64,000 nucleotides of DNA from Rotaria socialis (taxonomy: Eukaryota): contig CAJNYD010000023.1 of NCBI GenBank assembly GCA_905331295.1, forward strand, positions 62,001 to 126,000. Reading direction: 5' to 3'. Below the pieces are notes generated by a model. The model was given only the letters and a program-made list of their open reading frames with translations. It ran no database searches and was not told the origin of the DNA. Of the stretch, positions 58,273-64,000 are shown piece by piece; position 1 is the first letter of the stretch, and every line of letters begins with the position of its first letter. The position numbers and the translations under genes are program-made.

Positions 58273-61200
58273 TTATAAATTAACATCAAGTGGTTGATCT
58301 AAATAATCAACAGCTGTTTCACCACATAATACACATTGGGAAGCTACAAGATCATCAAGTTCTTGTTGTACACTTTCCATATCACGTGATGGTGGTGGTA
58401 TACCACTAGCTATTATTGATTGTAAACGATTAACAGTTTCAATATCTTTTTGTACTGCATTTTTTTTCGAAGACTGATCGAGTTTCTGTTTATTCTGTTC
58501 ATTGACTTGTCCACTGTTAGCTGATGCCGATAAACGATTACTTTCATCCAGAGTATTTTCATCATTACGTTTCATTAAACGTCTTACATACGAAAATAAA
58601 CAGTCCCCATGAAAATAATGACCACAAGCAAATATATAAAATGTTGATTGCAACATTAATGCCTGTTCACATAATGAACATGCTGCATATGAATCAATTG
58701 TTGCAACACATCTTGTACGATATTTAGCTAAATCATCACGTATATCATCAATAGATTTTGATGCATCGTTCATTTCAGTTCGTAATTCAGTTAAACGGTC
58801 ATTATAGTTTTCTAATGATTTAATAATTGGTTTTTTAAATTGATCGATTGTTTCAAAATCAGGAAATAATGGAAGAATATCTTCTATTTTCAATTGATTA
58901 CTACCCTTTTCTTCAAGAATTTCCATTACTTCATTAAGATCACGCCCTTGTGTTACAACAGAACCAGCTAAATTGAAATAGTAAATTACTCCTAGGAGAC
59001 TATTCATTTAATAGAAAAAATAAGTTCTCTTTTTGTTTCTAAAAAAATCTTAGGAGCATTTAATAACATACATTTATTTAATCAATTCAATGGATGTAAA
59101 TACTAGTTAGATGCAATTCATTCAATAGTTGCTTACAAACGTTTAATTGTGAGTTTTCGTCGTAATCTTAATAATTTATTTCCCAAATCTAAGATCTTTA
59201 GAAAATAGAGAATCTGTTTTTGCAATAGTCAACTGAAAATTGAAAAATTTAATATCTCTCTTGATTAATTATGCGAGAAGACAGAACAATTAAATCTCTT
59301 CAAAGTGAGATATCTAAGAGTTCTCTAGGACTTGCTTTGACTCAATTACATAAATTTTAAGAGGTATCGAAGGACTATTTTTGTTCATGGTATCCACAGG
59401 TAATAATGAGGTGGTAATCAATTTTAATGGTAATTACTATTGAATTTGTTTTATTGGATAAAAAAACAAATGCCACAAAAAGTTGGGAAACATATCATGT
59501 CGTAGATAATCAGAATTGTGAGCTTGAGATATTAAAAAAATTATTTCTTGATTTCTAGAGAATTTCAATTATTTCCTAAATACTAAGAAGATTTCATTTC
59601 TCTTAAATTTTTGTTGTAAATAATTTTCTCTATTTAATTTCTTATTTTAATTCTTCTTGTTAGTTTTTCTCATAGAAAAGATTCGAAATAAAATCTCTTC
59701 TATGAGCAATGTTTTGAAACTATCGAATCTCTACTTTCTAATTTCTTACCAATTTTAAGCCATAATTTTTTCGTTCGCTCATCATTAATTGGAGCTGTTA
59801 ATACGCAATCTTTTGCTAATTTAACATCCACCTATAATTAAGAAAAAACATGATGTATTTATGTAATGAACTGCTTATCTCTATTTCTTACTAGTAAAGC
59901 TGTATCTACAGCTTCTTCGTGCATGTTCAAAAAACGATATAAAAAGACACTTTCCTTTTTTAGATCGTGATCAATACAAAGACGTAAGGCATATCTTGGG
60001 TCATACGTAATTAAGAGAGGATCCTAGTTTAATATTAAATATAATTTTTTTGTCTTCTTTAACTATGCAAGAATTCATACTTCTTTTTGATTCATAAGAT
60101 AAGGCATTATTTGACTTTGATCAAATTTAACATATTCCGAAAGAAGATAATTGTGTATTGACTTATCAATACATCCGCGTGCTAAACAAAATTTTAGAAA
60201 ATCCAATACAGCTTTTCCCTTAAATAATGAATAATTAATTTTGACGAAAAATGAATTAGAACTATCTCTACTTGTGGATGTGCTCTTGAATAAGCAATCA
60301 TTGCTGGTAATAATTCTTTAGCTTCAAAATGTTCATTATATTTCTTTTTCCAAATCAGTATAAGCTGTTCAGATAATTTTTCAATTAACGTTGGTGAATA
60401 TTTATAAAGCAGTTTATAATCATTCTAGAAAATAAAATAAAATGTTATAAACTGAAATTTCCAAACAAAAACAAAAACAAAAACGGATGGAAATATCTAC
60501 CAATGGATCTAATGTTTTTAATGCCTTTTCATAATCTTCACGTTCAAGATAAAGTAAAATAACACGTTCATAATCTTGTACATGTTCAGCAAACAAAATT
60601 AAATCATCTAGATCACCGTGACTTGTTAATAGATCGTACATCGCTGAACGATGTTCTCTAAGACATGATTGAATTTTTGGTTCACGTAAAAAAGATTGAA
60701 ATTTTCGACGAGTTTTATCAAATTTTTCTTTTCGACTATTTTCATCTAAAAATTTTTCATTTACTTGATCATTAAATGGAGATTTATTATTTGCATTGGA
60801 TGATGTTTTTATCATAGTTGATGGTGTAGAATCTATTTGACGTAATTCATCAAGTTCACTTAAAAACAAATCTGTTAACCACAAAGTTAATATTGTTATT
60901 TGTGTATTGTCCTATTTGCAACGAAAGAAAATAATCACGGATGATTACATTTTTTTCTTAATCTTTTACTGTTGCTGATTCTTGATATCGTAAAACAGCT
61001 TGAAGATATTCTCGAAGTGGTTCTTTATCTCTTAAAGTAAAGAATTTTAATGTTACATCTTCAAACGATGTATCTGATTCAGCATAAATACTAGCACTAA
61101 GTGTATATCTATGTGATTAAAGAAATTGACGAAAAAACAAACCAACATATTTAGAATCGAATTCAAAAGAGTTTACTTTTTTTCATTAAATGAATAATCA

Positions 61201-63450
61201 GCATGCTTGGAATTAATTGAACGTTGTCTTCGTTTTGTTTCATCAGGATCATCTTTCTAAATGTTAGAAGAAAAAAAATTATTTAGTCTATTATTCAATT
61301 CTAGTGACATACAAGAATGCATGTTTCAAGAGCTTTTTGAAAATCTTGTTTCTGCATAAATACACGCCAGACATCACGACGTTCGTCTTGAATTGTATAA
61401 CGAAGTACACGTTCTTCAGTGCATGCCCATAATTGATCATTCATTTGATCGCGGGCATAACAAACTGGTTTACCACTCTAAAAAATAGTTTCAAGTTTTA
61501 GAAGATGTAGATTTCATACTGTAAAAGACTTGAAGAGTTGCTATAAAAATAATCTATCATTATCAAAACCTTCTACAACATTCCAAATATTTCGAATAGA
61601 TTTGTTTATTTAAAGTAAGTATACTTTCAAAACTTGTACAACAGAATGTTATTTTATCAAACTAACAAGCTAAACTATATATATATCATATTTTCTAATC
61701 GAATATTTATATTGATTGCTTCGTTTTTACTTTATTACCACTCATGACAATCAAAAACTATGACCGACTTAGTTTCTCTTATGAATAAAAACTTTAGGGA
61801 TTTTTCTTTTAACATGTGTTGATAATAAGAAGAATGTTCTATTTTTCTATGATTTTGCCTATACTCCTCCAGTTAACTATTGTTATAATATAAAACTTTT
61901 GATAACAGCTGCTTTTATGGCATGTGACGAATCGGCACATATTATAATAAACTGCTCTTTGTAGAATTTTATTACTATATTAATAGCTGACTACTCATTG
62001 ATGATCATATAACAGTAAAACATAATTTTCACTACTATTAAACCTCAAGAGACAGCTTACTCTTTTGAGGTTTCTATATTTTTTTATAAGTAAAACTTAC
62101 TTGCATAGAACCATCAATCATAACAATTTTTTCATTAATAGTGCATACACCACGTATTTGATTTTCATTTGGAAACATCATAAGACAATGAAATTCTGTT
62201 AATGCAACAGATTTTGGTGGTTTTTCTTCGTCTCTTTGCTTAATCCTTTTATCTATATAGTAATCGATAATACGATGACGTTGAAGAAACGAGTTTTGTA
62301 CACTAAGTGGATCTATATCTGTATAGTATAGACCAGCACCAGTTATCCATGCAAATTGTCTTTGTAATTTTTGATTTGTAGATGATTTTCGTTTAACAAA
62401 TACTTGAATTTCACTATCAGCATTACCACTTGGAAATTCGAGATATTTTAAATCAGATAATGAAGCATCACGAAAAAAAGCAAAAAATGATGAAAAATAA
62501 TCTGATTTGCGTGATGAATCAATTTGATGTTCAAAATAATATAAGGCTCTATCATAAAAAAAAGAAAAGATCAATATTAAGTTTTTACACTATAGATGAG
62601 CTAAAAATGAACTGAACAAACTGTGAATGTAAAAACGGATTTTTATAGAGATTAAAATCATCTTTATTGTTGTATTCACATGTTGTTCATTTCATAAGAA
62701 TCCACTCGTTGTAATCTTACGTTTGTGTTGTAATAACAACAAATATATTTGAATTTTCTTCGTAGGCAACTTTAACATCACAATAAATACCAGTGACACG
62801 ATCTCGATTTTTTTCCAAAATAGTTTTGAATGATGGGTAAACTTCATTACATGAAAGTACTTCACCATCAGCTCGAATCAAAGCTTCATACATGCTTCCA
62901 TCTTGACCAGCAAGAAGTGCGACGGCATCATTTTGTTGTAAAAACCGATTACACCATGAAACAGAAACAAGAACAAATGATAAATTATTGCCAAATCGTA
63001 TTGGTTTTCTAGTTAATTTTAAGGAATATGATGATGACACAAGAATGTATACATCACGTTTATCACGTGTTGATACAATAAGTAAACGACCGAAGGGATC
63101 AAGAAACACTTTACTAATTGCATCTGGTATTTGAACTTCTACTCAGAAATTAAAAAAAATTCGTTTTGCAAGTAGATATTTAAAATAAATGAAATCGAAC
63201 CTGCAAATACTGATGAAGATTTTCCATCTTTTGGTGGTTCGTCAAGACATCGTCGCTGTATAGTTTTCTCATTTAAATGTAGAATAAAAACATTATTTGA
63301 GACAACTAGATGATTAATTTTTGTATTTCTGTCAAATCTAAAATATTTCTTTTTCTTATTGAATATGCAGCAATTGAAAAGTAAAACTTACTTCCATGGA
63401 AGTTCATTCTTGACAAAGATTGGTTCAAGACTTGTATCTGCTATTAAACT
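58273..63450 (-). CDS. VPS18: vacuolar protein sorting 18 (HOPS/CORVET subunit); first exon not located
   Basis: FLDPFGRLLIVS, FAWITGAGLYY, SVALTEFHCL, DERRDVWRVF, LKIEDILPLFPDFETIDQFK and a split RING-H2: CSLC..FACGHYFHGDC..ASQCVLCG. Confidence 0.93.
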
Positions 63451-64000
63451 CTAAAATAAAAATTTCATGAATAAATATTAATGTATACTTCCAGATTTTC
63501 GACGAAATATCTCATTAGTATGATCGAATATAGCTAGATAAAATATTTTTAGATATATTATCGTATGTTTTATTGAATAACAATGCAAATAGAATTCAAC
63601 AAAAATGTACAGAAACACTCGACTGATAGATCGGTTGTTAATTGTTTTTATTGATATTGAATTTCTACTCAAATGATAAGCGTAGGATAAAAGATTCTTA
63701 TACTCTTATTTAATTTTGAAATACACTTTGCACCTTGAGAAATATTTTTGCATTTTAATTCTATATTAAATTTTATTTTTCTAGTCTCAATAAATATCAG
63801 TCGATTCAATCATCGGCTTGAAAGGACCATTCGTTTTGAGAGTGTCTTCTGAATTATGAATAGAAACTCTGCAGCTCAAAACAAATGAATTCAGGCCATC
63901 GAATGAATACAGCTGTGCAAACGATTGCTATACTATTGCTTAAATAAAGATAAAACGAAATATTTCTATTAGACATTCGCATGAATACTATTATCGAACA

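Overview
AT-rich eukaryotic (metazoan) genomic DNA with many short (~50-70 nt) GT-AG introns. The style suggests a bdelloid rotifer, but this is inference and the sequence does not prove it. The first 6 kb is a transposon graveyard: LTR-like fragments, a hAT-type element with nested insertions, and MITEs. A tight minus-strand cluster follows: SOD1, a metal-ligand-deficient SOD-fold paralog, FUNDC1-like and TYW3. Next come an ankyrin-repeat gene, two tandem eEF1A genes (the second broken by an N-bounded inverted allelic segment), a MAGI scaffold gene with no visible WW domains, a gene with a CFAP20DC-like C-terminus and a decayed bacterial-looking pseudogene. Adenosine deaminase lies head-to-head with a USP7-like gene, followed by an orphan single-pass membrane protein and most of VPS18. 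Best leads: (i) the SOD1 / pseudo-SOD pair inside an operon-like cluster, (ii) the probably horizontally acquired pseudogene, (iii) gene conversion and possible stop-codon readthrough in eEF1A. Exon boundaries were read by eye and no database searches were run.
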